From the human T2T-CHM13v2.0 reference genome, Homo sapiens, in the NCBI RefSeq assembly GCF_009914755.1, contig NC_060925.1: a DNA stretch of 64,000 bases, one strand, 5' to 3'. This document shows, piece by piece, positions 32,832-45,880 of the stretch. The notes beneath the pieces were generated by a model that worked only from the letters and a program-made list of their open reading frames with translations, did not search any database and was not told the origin of the DNA. Within the stretch, counting starts at the first letter, position 1, and each line of letters begins with the position of its first letter. The position numbers and the translations under genes are program-made.

Positions 32832-33695
32832 GAGAGCTAGGTGACCCTATGAGGGGGCTAAGGGACCCCACTAGGGAGCTAGGTGACCCCAAAAGGGGGC
32901 CAGGGTACCCCACGAGGGAGCTAGTGGACCCCATGAGGGGGCTAAGGGACCCCACAAGGGGGCTAGGTGACCCCACGAGGGAGCTAGGCGACCCCATGGG
33001 GGAGCTAGGGGACCCCACAAGAGGGCTAGGTGACCCCATGAGGGGGCTAGGGGACCCCACGAGGGGGCTAGGTGGCCCCACGAGGGAGCTAGGGGACCCC
33101 ACGAGGGAGCTAGGGAACCCCACGAGGGGGCTAAGGGACCCCATGAGGGAGCTAGGGGACCTCATGAGGGGGCTAGGTGAGCCCATGAGGAAGCTAGGGG
33201 ACCCCAAACAGGGGGCTAGGGAATACCCTGAGGGAGCTAGGGGACCTCATGAGGGGGCTAAGGGACCCCACGAGGGAGCTAGGGGACCTCATGAGGGGGC
33301 TAGGGAATCCCCTGAGGGAGCTAGGGAACCCCACGAGGGGGCTAAAGGACCCCACGAGGGAGCTAGGGGACCTCATGAGGGGGCTAGGTGACCCCATGAG
33401 GGAGCTAGGGGACCCCAAACAGGGGGCTAGGGAATCCCCTGAGGGAGCTAGGGGACCTCATGAGAGGGCTAAGGGACCCCACGAGGGAGCTAGGGGACCT
33501 CATGAGGGGGCTAGGGAATCCCCTGAGGGAGCTAGGGTACCCCATGCAGGGGGCTATGGGACTCCACACAGGGGGCTAGGAGACCCCACAAGGGGGCTAG
33601 AGGACCCCACGAGAGGGCTACGTGACCCTATGAGGGGACTAGGGGACCCCACGAGGAGGCTAGGTGACCCCAGGAGTGGACTAGGTAACCCCAAG
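32832..33695. repeat. GC-rich minisatellite (VNTR), 21-bp unit ~GGGAGCTAGGGGACCCCACGA, ~41 copies
   Basis: Direct reading of tandem units; heptad-periodic ORFs on both strands. Confidence 0.97.
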
Positions 33696-34217
33696 ATGGG
33701 GCATAGGCTCTGCTGCAGGTCCCAGCTGGGAGTTTGAAGGCCGCTGGAGAGCTCACCTAAAGGAGAAATCCCCGTGCATTTGGGAGTCGGGGAAGGCCCC
33801 TCTCCCTAGTGACTTGTCTCTGTTTCTGATCTCTGTAGTCTCTGAAATGCCACATGGCTGGTCTTTTTAAAGATCCTGCCAACAAACAGAATCTAGTAAG
33901 GAGGACACCTGGAGCGTGCTGGCTGCCATGTCTGGTGCTCCCATGTGCTGCTTCTGTGCTGCATAATCACCTCTAAAGGTGAGCGCTGCCCTTCTCACCA
34001 GGCTGGGGAGAGGCTAGGGAGCTTGCCTGAGTGGCCGTGCTGGAATCTGAACCCACAACTGTCTGACCCTAGATCTGTGTTTGCCGAACAGGGAGACGCA
34101 GGGACCCCAGGAGACTCTCATAAGTCCTGTCGGGGCAGAAAAACACTGCTGCAGTTGGGCCACAGAGGTTTCAATGCAGGCACCAGATGCGTAACTCAGC
34201 CCTGATGTACCAGGTGT

Positions 34218-34452
34218 TAGGCTGGTTGGGCTTGGGGCCAGCACATGTAGCTACCCTCAAGGAACTTCCAGCATGAGAGGCAACCTCAGAGAAGTTTTCA
34301 GGAAACTGCTTTTATGGGGTTTAGACCCTTGGGAGAGGTGGCCCCCTAAACAACCTTCCAGTCGCTGGTAGAATGCTGCTTTTGTGCAGAAACATGCCCC
34401 AGGCAGATGCTCCGCTCTGTGACAGCATCTCTGCTGTTTGGCCATGCACACA
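34218..34452 (+). repeat. Direct duplication, copy 1 (probable donor)
   Basis: ~97% identical by hand alignment to 35313-35550. Confidence 0.95.
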
Positions 34453-35312
34453 TCTGCCCACCCACTCTGCCGCTGACAACAGGATATGACAGATCTATGC
34501 TGGAGGGAATGTGAGACCGACAGGTCCCGGAGGAGACGAGGCACTCACGGTGGGGGCTGCTCCGCTCCTCCCGCTGGCCCCCTAGTGCTGCAGCTTGGGG
34601 ACTTCCATCTGTGGCCGGCCGTGTCACTCCTTTCTAACCCAGCCTGGCAGGTGCTTTTGCTGAGGGGCTGTAGGATGAGGGTCTGTGTGCAATGCTGATT
34701 CATTTTTGTGGCAGGAGATTGATGAGATGTTTGAGGGTGACTGGACGCACTCCCTGGCTGCCTTCAGGAAAGGATCAAGCTGGTGGGAATGAATTCAATC
34801 GCTCCGACTTAGCAAAAGGTGTCTTGAGGCCTTTCCCTTCCTTTTTGCATCACTACTGGAGTCTTAAATCCTAAATTACTTTTCATTCGAAACAGATTTA
34901 TTTTTAAAGTATTGGCCCATTGTCATTTCAAAAACTTTATTCACCGTTGCATTTAAGGAGTTTGCCAGCTTCCTTCCAGCCGCAACTTTGGACTGCAGAA
35001 GATCTAGTGTGTTGCAAACCACCAGTTTTTGTTTTTAGAAGGACGGGTTTAATGTTCAGACTTTATCTAATTATGGATAATTATGATGTCTTGCTGAGAA
35101 TTCACAGTGGGATATGGGCTCTGCAGAATAAGACAAACTGACTAACACGGTTCCCGCCTGGTCGATTTTGAGTCTAAATAGTCACATTTAGATTTCAGTA
35201 ATGGCGTGGAACATGAAGAATTCTCTCACGCTGCGTGTGTGTGTGTGTGGCTGGTGGGGGAGAGCAGGGAGGAGTGTCACTAAAATGAAGGCTAAGCAAA
35301 AAAGTCCTTTCC

Positions 35313-35550
35313 TAGGCTGGCTGGTGGGCTTGGGGCCAGCACATGTAGCTACCCTCAAGGAACTTCCAGCATTAGAGGCAACCTTAGAGAAGTTTTCAGG
35401 AAACTGCTTTTATGGGGTTTAGACCCTTGGGAGAGGTGGCCCCCTAAACAACCTTCCAGTCGCTGGTAGAATGCTGCTTTTGTGCAGAAACATGCCCCAG
35501 GCAGATGCTCCGCTCTGTAACAGCATCTCTGCCATCTGGCCATGCACACA
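35313..35550 (+). repeat. Direct duplication, copy 2 (probable inserted copy)
   Basis: Bracketed by CAAAAAAGT at 35297-35305 and 35549-35557. Confidence 0.95.
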
Positions 35551-36309
35551 AAAAAGTGGAGGTAATCAATAATCTAAAAGGAGGTAAGAAAAGGAGAAAT
35601 AAATTAATGAAAGGACTTAAAAAAAAACCTGAAAATGAGGCTTTGTTCATAACATGAGCAAAAAAGAACGTAAATCCTTCAATAAATGCTGCAACCACCG
35701 GCGTCGCAGGCCCCTGACTCTCATTCCTTAATGCAGCAAATATCGATCAGGTGCCCACTGTGTGCCAGATTCCACGCATGGCAATCTTTTTAAATCAGTA
35801 AACACCCCTACATGTCCAATTCTGTTGTTGTACATGTTACAATCACTGATTGATGACACTTTAAAAAAAAAAAAAAACTACAAACCTTAGGTCTGTAAAG
35901 GTTAGTATGCTTTTTCACTGAGTGACTCAAATCCTGAAGCACGCCCTGATAGGGCAGTTACCGTGGAAGAATGTATCACTTAGAATGAACCATGGCATTT
36001 GGCATTCTGTGTGTTTCTGATGTGGGCCACACACTCTCAAGAACCAGGGTGAAATACAAGAGGGACCCTGCCCAGACATAGGGGGTGAGAGGGCCAGGGC
36101 TGTGACTGGGAGCAAGTAAGATCCTGGATGGTGGAGATGGGTCAGGGAGTCAGTGGGCCTAGACTCAAGCCAAAACAGGGCACGCAAGCAGGGCAAGAGT
36201 TAGCAGCAGAGACACAGATGACCTGGAGATAAGGGCAGCCCCATTTAGGTCAGGTTTACAAGCAGCTTCCAGAGCCTCTGTAGGCAACAGATGGACCTCT
36301 GTTCAAACC

Positions 36310-36500
36310 CCAAGGTGAAGCTTGGCTCACAGCTCTGCCATTTCCCAGCCGTGTGACCTTGGGCTTGTTACTCAGTTTCTCTGTGCCGCAGTTTCTCATC
36401 TGTAAAAACAGCCATTTCTTCTCGGCCTGTTGTGAGGACTCAATGAGTTATACCATTTAAAGGATGGCAAAGCAGTCAGTAAATGTTAGGCATGGTGATT
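36310..36500 (+). mobile_element. MIR SINE
   Basis: gtgtgaccttgggcttgttactcagtttctctgtgccgcagtttctcatctgtaaaa. Confidence 0.8.
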
Positions 36501-39500
36501 CAGAGGAGTGAAGTGGGCATTTTTCATCTCTTAACTTACCCAGCATCCAAATGTCTTTCCCTCTGTGGGGGTCCCTGTGGGAGGCAGGGCTTACCCTGCA
36601 TGAAGGAGGCAGAAGGTGGGCCTGGGGGAGGCTTAGGACTTTGATCCTGAGGGAGCGAGACAAAGGTGCCGGGACCCTTCTTGGAGATGCCTTGCAGGGC
36701 TGGTGGCCGCATGGGGAAGGGTGGCTGACCAGTGTGGGGGATCAGTAGACTGTCCCTGTGCTAACTTGGCATAACCGCCCTGGCTCCTGCCCGCTGCTCT
36801 TCCAATAAATCCCGTTTCTGCTGCATCACCAGAGGCTGCCCTGTGGAATGCAACCAAGAGCTCCAAGAAGAGCCATGCTCAACACTGCTGTCCAATACCA
36901 CTGCCCTCTGGAATGCCCTCAGACCAGCGAGAAGGGTCAGCTCAGAAGACAGGCCTAAATTCCCCCACAGAATGGAGAATGGCCCCAGACCCTGCAGAAA
37001 GACCCCAAGGCAGAAATCCCACACAGGGAGCTCCTTGTCCATGGACAGTCCGGCCACTGGGAAGGGCCAGAGCATCTGACAGATCTTAGGAGAGCGAGAC
37101 CAGGAGAAGCCACACACAACACCTCTGAACTTGGAGATGGCAGGGGGCTGGCAGTCCAGGGGGCAGAGGAGGTGGCCTGGAACCTAAGGCATGGTCTTTT
37201 TGGTTTCTAATCCTCGATTACTGTTTTTCTGCCAACTGCTTTCCTTGCAGGGAGCAGGAGATTTTTCTTCAAGTGGGGCCAGGGTGTGTTTATCAGCTTG
37301 TTACAAATTACATGGTAAACACTGAACCCCTGGTTAAGGCAGCCACTGAGTCTCTTTGTTAGATTAATAAGATTACAACAATCTGGGCAGACTTTCAAGT
37401 GTTTATTTTCAAAACCTCACTTAGAGGGTGGTAGTCACATAGTCCCAGGCCCGCCTGCATTCCGGGTAGTTGGGTAGAGCTCCTTTCTGTTCCAAGTGCT
37501 TATTTCTCCACATGCAAGAAGAGAAAAGGTCATTAACCCCCAGCCTCTGACAGTTTATCCTCACATACCCTATTGCCCATTTTCTAGTCAATAACTTAGT
37601 GTTTCTTTTAACACCTACACACTTGTCGGCCTTGTCCCACAGAGGTGTTTTCAAAGCCTAAACTTTACAGTGAGTCATTTCCTGAACACTTCAAAAGCAT
37701 TTTGGTAGATGGACTGCCCTTCTTTGTAGCTAAGTGCATTGCAGCAAAATTTACCAAAAGTCAAATTCTGTAGCATCCTGTTGACTTGTATTATTGTCAT
37801 ATGGATGGTACAGCTCCCTGGCAAAAACAGGCCACTGCACCCCTTGGTGGCATGAGGGGTGGGTGATGGGGTACAGTGAGGCAAAGCCCGGGGTGGCAGC
37901 TGGGGATGGCTCTGCTTACTCATCTTCAGAACTGCCCATCACATGTCTCCCCTCTGGATTCTCCAGACTGCACTGTGGTGAGGGTGCTGTGAGCGTTGTG
38001 GGAGTAGAAAGATGACTCAGAACCTCTCTGCCTTCAAAGGGATTGCAGCCTGGCTGGAGCTGCAGGGTCCTCCCACCTCCTGAGCACACAGGCACCTGGA
38101 ACCTTCACCCTCAGGCCCAGTCTACCTTCCTGACCTGCCACCGCCTCCCAGGTGCATCCCGCCCCACGTCCACTCTCCTACCCCCTAACCCACAGCCCCA
38201 GAAGCTTGGATCCTCAGTCTGATGCTGCAGTTTCCTGACTCCCAAAAGCCGTCTCACCCCTCTGGCCCATATTGACTGACCAATACAGTTCCCTCCAGCT
38301 GTCATGCCCTTCCCTCCCCATCCTTCCAGATCCAAGTACAGGGCTGTTCTTCTGGAACTCATCCCTAAGCCCTTGGTTCCCCCATATCCCACAGCTCCCA
38401 ACTTTTTGCAGGGTTCCGCTCCTGGGTTGAGACTTGACTGCCTCCCTGTCTGATTCCCCCATGAGGCTATGAGCTCTTTTGAGGTATTTCAAACTCAAAC
38501 TCATCTTTCTAACCTCCCTGCTGAGCTTAACATGTAGCAGCTTTTGGGAATTTAGTAAATGTTAAATGAGTGAATGGATGGATTAAAAAAAATATGAATG
38601 AATGAATATGCTGATAGAGATACAAATAATAATAAACTTTATCCAAGGGCTTTTTGTTTACAAATATTTCATGCCCATCAGTATACATGATCCTCATACC
38701 TTAGAAAGGTAGTTACCATGACCTGAATTTCACACAGAGGCTAAATTATAGTAACCATAACAACTGCAACATCTGAAGACTGATGTGAATATGCTCTGCT
38801 CATCCTAGGACAACTGTGCAAGGGAGGCAGTCATCTTCCACTGTTGGGAACTAAGTTTCAAAAACTTGTCTAAAGCCTGAGCCAGGATTGGAACCCACAT
38901 CTTGGGACTCTAAAGCCTTCGTTTATTCCCTGATAGCTGTTGGCAGACGGGGATGGAACCCATCCCAGCCAGACAAAGGGGGCCCAGGTGGAATCCTGAA
39001 GGGCTGAAGTGAAGATCAAGTGAGGGGCAGATGGGCTGGCCAGTGGGATGGACATGGACAGAGGAGGGGAGGGGCCGGGCACCTGAAAGGCTGTGTGAGG
39101 TTTAGGCAGTGCGTGGGAAGTGACCCATGCCAGTGGCCAGGAGGGACCACACCATGACAGGCCTCATAGCCTCTGGGGTGAGGCACTTAATTTTGCCCAC
39201 AGTGGCTCCCCTGCAGGAGGGGAATGCAGCACAGGGGTCTTGGGAATGTTCTTCTGTGTCAGAGAGGAAGAAGCTGGAGGCAAGAAGACCAGTTATCGGA
39301 TGTGGCAATAATTTGGACCAGTCATAGGGTGACCTACCATGGGTAGTGAGTGGAAATAAAAACAGGGACATGTTGGGAATATTTCCCACACTTTCCCCCA
39401 CCTCTGTTCTTAGCCCAAAGAAATTTCTCCACTGAAAAAGCTCCCCATGGTGTGTGGGTTCAGGCTACCGTGCCCGTGTGCTCACTGCTCCGCAGCCTCC

Positions 39501-41109
39501 AGTGCTCCTTTCCCACCTATGACTGCCCATCTGGAGAACACCTGCTCACATGAAACTCCTCCACAGAGCGTCTCCTGACTACAAGTGTGGTGGCGTTAAC
39601 CACCCCACCTTTGCACCCCTTCACACCTGGTACATACTTCTGTTGCGGCGTCAATGCCAGTGTGCCTTGTCTACACATCTGCCTCCCAGGAGACAGCCAA
39701 CTCCTCCATGGTTGGGTCTACTTTCCTTCTTGTGTTCCTGGCCTGGAGCAGTGTCTGACACCTATGAAGCAGGGTGTGGATCGAGTGAATGAATGCAGGT
39801 CAGCATGAGTGAGTAAACGGATAACGAGCGAGAGGAGACACTCTCCTCCACCCTCTCTCCAGCGATCGGTGATGTCCGATAAGGGTAAGCCGCACTTGGC
39901 ACTCTCTCTCAGGCCGTGTACTTTGTTTTGAAAAATGCCTTCAAATTAAACGTTGATTTTGTAAAATTAAGGAGTGGCTCATTTGGCAAGTTCGAAACAC
40001 CCAAAACAAGCAAAAAATGCTTGGGTGGAAAGGGAAAAAGAAGAGGAGAGAGAGAAAGCACGGTTTCGGGCCACTGGTTTACAGGTGCTGTGTTTCTTGC
40101 ATATGATTGAGGAAAACAAAAACCCAGGCCTGGATGTCGACAGGCCTTCTATGACAAGTGACCTTAGACAAAGTTTGTATCTCACTTCCTTCCATTAGCT
40201 CACAGAAGAACCAATGGGAAAAGGCATTGGAAATGGCAAGGAATACCCTAAAAGAGATGTATTCTTATTCTGCCTGGATGGTAAAATATTTCCTTGTGAA
40301 TTATGTGCCAGCTTTCAATGTGCACCAAAAGAAAAGGAGGATTTTAATATTAAATGTATTCTTTTCACTTACTAAGCCATACATTAATTAGGGAGAAAAC
40401 ATGTTCCAAAATATGACATTAAATCCTTTAATAAGCTGGAGTCTTTACAGAAAAGCAGGAAGTACACAGACACTAGCAGCCTAACCTTACATGCAAAGCC
40501 ATCTGTGAGTTTAGAACTAACCTGAGGTAGCACGCTGTTGTGAAATTCTAAATTAAACACCACTAAACATGATTACGGCTTCAAAAAGTAGTTACATGCT
40601 TCAATAACCACACTTTTATCACAAGAACACACAATCTAAAGCCAAAATAGTTGAGTATAACGTGCCAAAAATATGCTCACCCCATACATTGTTAGAAAGA
40701 GCAGTAGGAAAAGAAATCTAAAATTTGCTGCTATTTCATTTGACGGCAGCCAACATCTCCTGTCTTCCTTGGCAAGAAGGCCATTTTTCTATGCTGTATT
40801 TTGCACACACAGAAATCTGCATAGAGTGATTTGCATACCAAAAACACATTTGTAAAAGAAACTGTTTGCATAGAAGCCAGGGGGAGATAGGGTTGCCACT
40901 GTTGACTTCTATACACACAACACTCCCAGGCTACTTACTTTTCACTTTCCTGTGTGCTGAATTTCCAAAAATGGGTTATGGATTTTTTTGATGCATTAAA
41001 ACTTAAAGCAACTATATCCTGTAGATATCCAAGAACAACCACAACAATAACACATGCTAAATGTTTCGTGCTAACAGACTGTCAACTTTTTACTAAGAGG
41101 CTGGTAATA

Positions 41110-41310
41110 ATAAGTGCTATAATATATTGAGCATTTATGATATCCCATGTGTTTTACATAAATTATTGCTTATTCTCACAATTAGTCTTCAAGGTTGGTG
41201 TTGTGGTTCCCCATTTACATAGGAGGAAACTGAGGCATGTCAGGGTAAGGTACCTTGTCAAAGCCTTGTAAGCCAGGGCAGTGAAACCAGGTTTGGAAGC
41301 CTGACTGACC
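41110..41310 (-). mobile_element. MIR SINE
   Basis: ccccatttacataggaggaaactgaggca. Confidence 0.7.
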
Positions 41311-42329
41311 GCTCAGCCCTTTCCTGCCACCCCTGCCACCCCCACCCCGAGCTGCCTCTCTCTTTTCCCAGTTTTGCTTTCACACCATTGGTTTTTTTTC
41401 CACCAGCCTGGTAGGAGGTGGGAGGAAGTCATGCTGAGAGAGGAAGTCATGTTGCACTTTGCTTTCCTGGCATTTTCTCTGACCAGAGCCTAGAAGCAGG
41501 ACGGCCACAGTCTCAAGGCTCAGTGAAGGTGCCCCATAAAAGAGCTCCGTGACAGACATGGGGTGAATGGGCAATGGCCTGTGATTCAGAGGGTGTCAAG
41601 GAGAGAGACGGATTGGTCTCGGCACAAAGACGGTACATGGTAGTTGAGATGCAATGGACCCCTCCCACCCGGTGCCTGCACGCTATCACCGATTCAGTGC
41701 CAGCCCAATTGTATTCTTGGAAACACAGAATGGTTTGTGTGTGCTTAATTATAATGCTACTTACAGAGAATTTATCAGCGGCAAATCAGAGGCTTGATGC
41801 TTTGCTTAAGAAAAAAAATTGGTAGTGGCTCTTTGAAATGTGTTCATCTGATGAGTCCTTTGGATTTTTCCAGTATACAGCATTTGAAAGAAATTGGCCA
41901 TTTCTGGAAAGTCAAGTGCGGGGAGCGGGGGCAGAAAGGGCAGAATTAAAAGACTGCAGATGCCTGCCAAAAAAGATTATAAACATTTACTTTCTTTTAA
42001 GATACTTCTTTGTCTTTGTGTTTTTTCTCACCTAGTTTCCTGTTATTCATGAATCCATCATTGTCCAAAGACTCCTAGCTTTGAGACCTAATTATGTATT
42101 AATCACTGTTAAAAAGCAGTTTTTCTGACACTTTCAGTAATAAATTCCTTTTGATGTGATTAATAGTAACTCTGCCTTATAGCAAGTTCCAGGCTAAAGC
42201 AAGTAATGTGACAGCAAACTGCTTTGGAGGCAGACGGATCTGTTTTAAATCTTGGTTTTGTCCTTCCAGTTTGACCTTACTAATCTCTCTAAGCCTCAGT
42301 TTCCTCACCTGTAAAATAGGGAAAATAAT

Positions 42330-43168
42330 GCAAGACAGACCCTGGTTGCCTACCTAATAGCCATTTCCATCTCCTTCAATGAGTGACAACAGATCTTAGT
42401 TTTGTTCAGCACCTATGGGAAGGCTTGTCATCAAATTCCACGCAATGAGACTGAAGGGGAAATATGCTAGAAGCTTCTGAGAAAGATTTTCCTCTCTGAT
42501 AAGAGAGATACATGAAGAGAAAGCCCATTTGGGCCGGGTGCAGTGGTTCATGCCTGAAATCCCAGCACTTTGGGAGACCTAGGCGGATGGATCACTTGAG
42601 GTTAGGAGTTCGAGACCACCCTGGCCAGCATGGTGAAACCCCATCTCTACTAAAAATACAAAAATTAGCTGGGTGTAGTGGTGCACACCTGCAATCACAG
42701 GTGGTGCGCACCTGTGGTGGGAGGCTGAGGCAGGAGAATGGCTTGGACCTCAGAAGGGAGGTTGCAGTGAGCCAAGATCACACCACTGCACTCCAGCCTG
42801 GGCAACAGAGCGAGACTCCATCTAAAAAAAAAAAAGAAAGAAAGAAAGAAAAAAAGAAAGCCCGTTTGCCTTTGCCCCCTTGCTTCCCACTCTGGATGCC
42901 GCCGTTGAGACATGATGTCTGGTGCTGCGGCAGTTGTCTTATGAACACGAGAAGAAACATCACGGACACACTAAAGACAGCAGAGCCAAAGGCCTGAAAG
43001 AGCCCGGGTCCCTGGGGACAACGCTGATCTATTGAACCAAACTTGGTCTATCCATCTCCAGGTTTCTTGTTAAGAATGAATGTCTTTATGGTTTAACCTG
43101 TTGAGTATTGGGTTTTCTGTTGCTTACAGCCACACACACACACACACACACACCCCCTAACTTATACA
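42330..43168 (+). mobile_element. Old MaLR LTR (MLT1J/K-like) interrupted by an Alu
   Basis: gcttctgagaaagattttcc; gatgtctggtgctgcggcag; gggttttctgttgcttacagcc...cctaacttataca. Confidence 0.65.
42532..42857 (+). mobile_element. Full-length Alu (AluS-type)
   Basis: Alu dimer; TSD agaaagccc(a/g)tttg. Confidence 0.96.
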
Positions 43169-44664
43169 AATACCAACTTCATAAGATGGTTGTAATAAAC
43201 CATACATTGTATATAAAGTACTTAGCACAATATCTGGCACAGTAAGTGGCTGCTATAAATAGTAACAAAACTGATCAAACGTAGGTAATGATTTAAAAGA
43301 GCAAAAGTTCCAAAACACAACACAGATAAAACGAATGGTACTGATTTAGCATGACAAAAACCACCTTTATATTCCTGGTGAAGGAGTGCTAGGGAGACCT
43401 TGAGGTCGAAGACATTGATTACAGTGACAAATCCTCATCTCAGGGAGTAAGCTGCAACCACTGCCAGAGCACACAAGCTATTGGCGAAGGAAGGACTGGG
43501 GTTCTTTGCCAGATTTCCATCTCCCCTCTCACTAACCAACAATCACCCTGTCAGCAGCTCCGATTCATGTCTGAAGCCTAACAATTATGTGTATGTGAAT
43601 TCCCAGCCTTGTGAAGGGGCAGGGTTCTTTCAACCTACAAAATAACTTTCCAGAATACTAAATTTTACTAGAATTTTCTAAAAACATGTTTTATTTCTTT
43701 ATGGCAGAACGATAGATACACTGACATATACAAATATAATTTAGGAATATAATTTCCACAGATATAGCCTACTATTTTGAATCACCATGGTATCACAGGA
43801 CCACATATAGTTTACATGAAAGCACTGATTTTTTAAATACAACCTACTGGAACACAAAAAAAGAAAACAATAAGATAACGTGAAAGTGTCTAGTATAACA
43901 GAAGTAAGAAGTAATACCTCTATTACTGTAGAGGTAATATAGTAGATACTCAATAAATAATCTCAAAGTAACCAGACTTTTTTTTTTTCATCACTCTATG
44001 TTTTATCAAAGAGGCAAATGACAAGATTACAAATTAACACTGGGGAATAAACATATGCACATACTCACATCCTTATCCACTTATGTCTAAGGTTAGTGTA
44101 CATCCATCCAAAAGCCCTGTACCTTCTGTGCCTATGGTGCTATATAACAAGCACTGATTTTTATAACTGATGGCCATAAGGCTTTGCAGATCTCTGAATT
44201 AGTAATCAGAGTCAGCACATTTGTTATAAAAAAGAAATAATCAAACATACAGACAAAAATTCATGAAGAATTGGAACCCAAAGGGTTTTTCTAGTTAGCT
44301 TGCAGTTAATTGAATAAAACCACCAATTACTGAACGTTTTGGTTAATTGAGATTTTCTTGTGTGCTATACACATATTTCCTCTTTCCTCCTTTACAATAA
44401 AGAGAAAAATTAGTGGTAGCTCAACTTTTCACATTGTGATTTTCCAAAATCAGTGATCCCTGCTTCACTGGGAGACTAAGATAGCATTGATTCCTTAGAG
44501 GCAATTTCCACTCTTTACAACATGGTATGTTGTTTTCAACTTGTTTGTATGAAATTTAATGTTTACTTCTGCAGCTGTGGTCTTAACTTGATATTTGAAG
44601 CTTGAGGTAAGGGATTTACTTTTAGAAAGAAATATTTTGGGTGCATTTCATAGTCCCATAATGT

Positions 44665-45330
44665 TTTATAATAGATTTGTTGAAACAGAATTCATATACC
44701 ACGAAATTCATTCTTTTAAAGTGAGCAATTCAGTGGTTTTTAGTATATTCACAAAATTGTGCGCCATCACCACTAATTCCAGAACACTTTCATCACACCC
44801 AAAAGAAACCCTTTATCCATTAGCAGTTACTCCCCATTCCACCCTCCCACCTTCACCCACCACTCCAGCCCCTGGTACCAATGTACTTTCAGTTTCTATG
44901 GGTTGCCTAATTTGGACATTTCATATAAATGGAATCATACAATATATGGCTTTTTATGTTTAGCTTCTTTCACTTAATGATTTCAAGAGTCATCCATGTT
45001 GTAGCATGTACTTTATTTCTTTTTAGGGCAAATAGTAATTTATTCCTTTTTATGGCAAAAATATTCCATTGTATAGATAAGCAACATTTTTATCCATTCA
45101 TTAGTTGATAGACATTTGAGTTGTTTCTATTTTAGGGCTACTATGAAAAAGTGTCTCATGATTATTTTTATGGAGGTGAAATTCATGTGACATACAAGTA
45201 ACTATTTTAAAGTGGACAATTAAGCAGCACTTAGTAGATTTAGAATGTTTTTCCACCACTACCTCTCTCTACTTTCAAAACTATTTTTATCACCCTGGAA
45301 AAATACTTCATGTCCATTAAATAATCACTT
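44665..45330 (-). mobile_element. L1MB-type 3' fragments
   Basis: attcagtggtttttagtatattcaca...ttccagaacactttcatcac...ggacatttcatataaatggaatcataca. Confidence 0.85.
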
Positions 45331-45332
45331 CC

Positions 45333-45880
45333 TGCAATGGTTTGAATGTGTCACCCAAAGCTTAGGCATTGGAAACTTAATCCTCAATGCAACGGTGTTG
45401 AGGGGTGGGATCTTTAAGAGGTGATTAGGTCATGAGGGCAGAGCCCTCATGGATTAATGTCATTATTGCTATAGTGGGTTTTTTATTCCAAGAGTGGATT
45501 TGTTATAAAAGCAAATTTGGCCCTCTCTTGCCCTTCCACCTTCCTCAATGGAGTGACACAGTATGAAGGCTTCTGTCAGACAGCACCACCATGCTCTTGG
45601 ACTCCCCAGCCTCCAGAACTGTGAGCCAAATAAACCTCTACTGTTTATACATCACCCAGTCTGTTGTATTTGTGTTAAAGTAGCGCAAAACAGACTAAAA
45701 CAGGAAATTGGTACCAGAGAGGGGCTGTCACTATAACAAATACCTGAAGATGTGAAAGTGGCTTTGGAAGTGAATAATGGGTAAAGGCTGGAAGAATTTA
45801 GAGGTGCAGGCTAGAAATGCATGGGTTACTGTGAATGAGGCATTAAGGGCAATTCTGCTGAGGACACAGAAGAAAAGAGC
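45333..45880 (+). mobile_element. MaLR LTR (MSTC/D-like, 45333-45702) plus start of MST internal sequence
   Basis: tgcaatggtttgaatgtgtc...cagactaaaaca followed by ggaaattggtaccagaga. Confidence 0.85.

Noticed and set aside
32832-33695. CRISPR-like array interpretation
   Set aside because: Units are head-to-tail with no unique spacers, there are no cas genes, and the context is primate DNA.
32695-33737. Long ORFs (162-180 aa) with heptad repeats (GSPSSLV / RGLGDPT) on both strands
   Set aside because: They follow from a 21-bp repeat unit lacking stops in some frames; no splice, promoter or homology support.
34257-35698. Pairs of near-identical short ORFs suggesting a small gene family
   Set aside because: They are by-products of the 235-bp local DNA duplication; starts differ and there is no coding signature.
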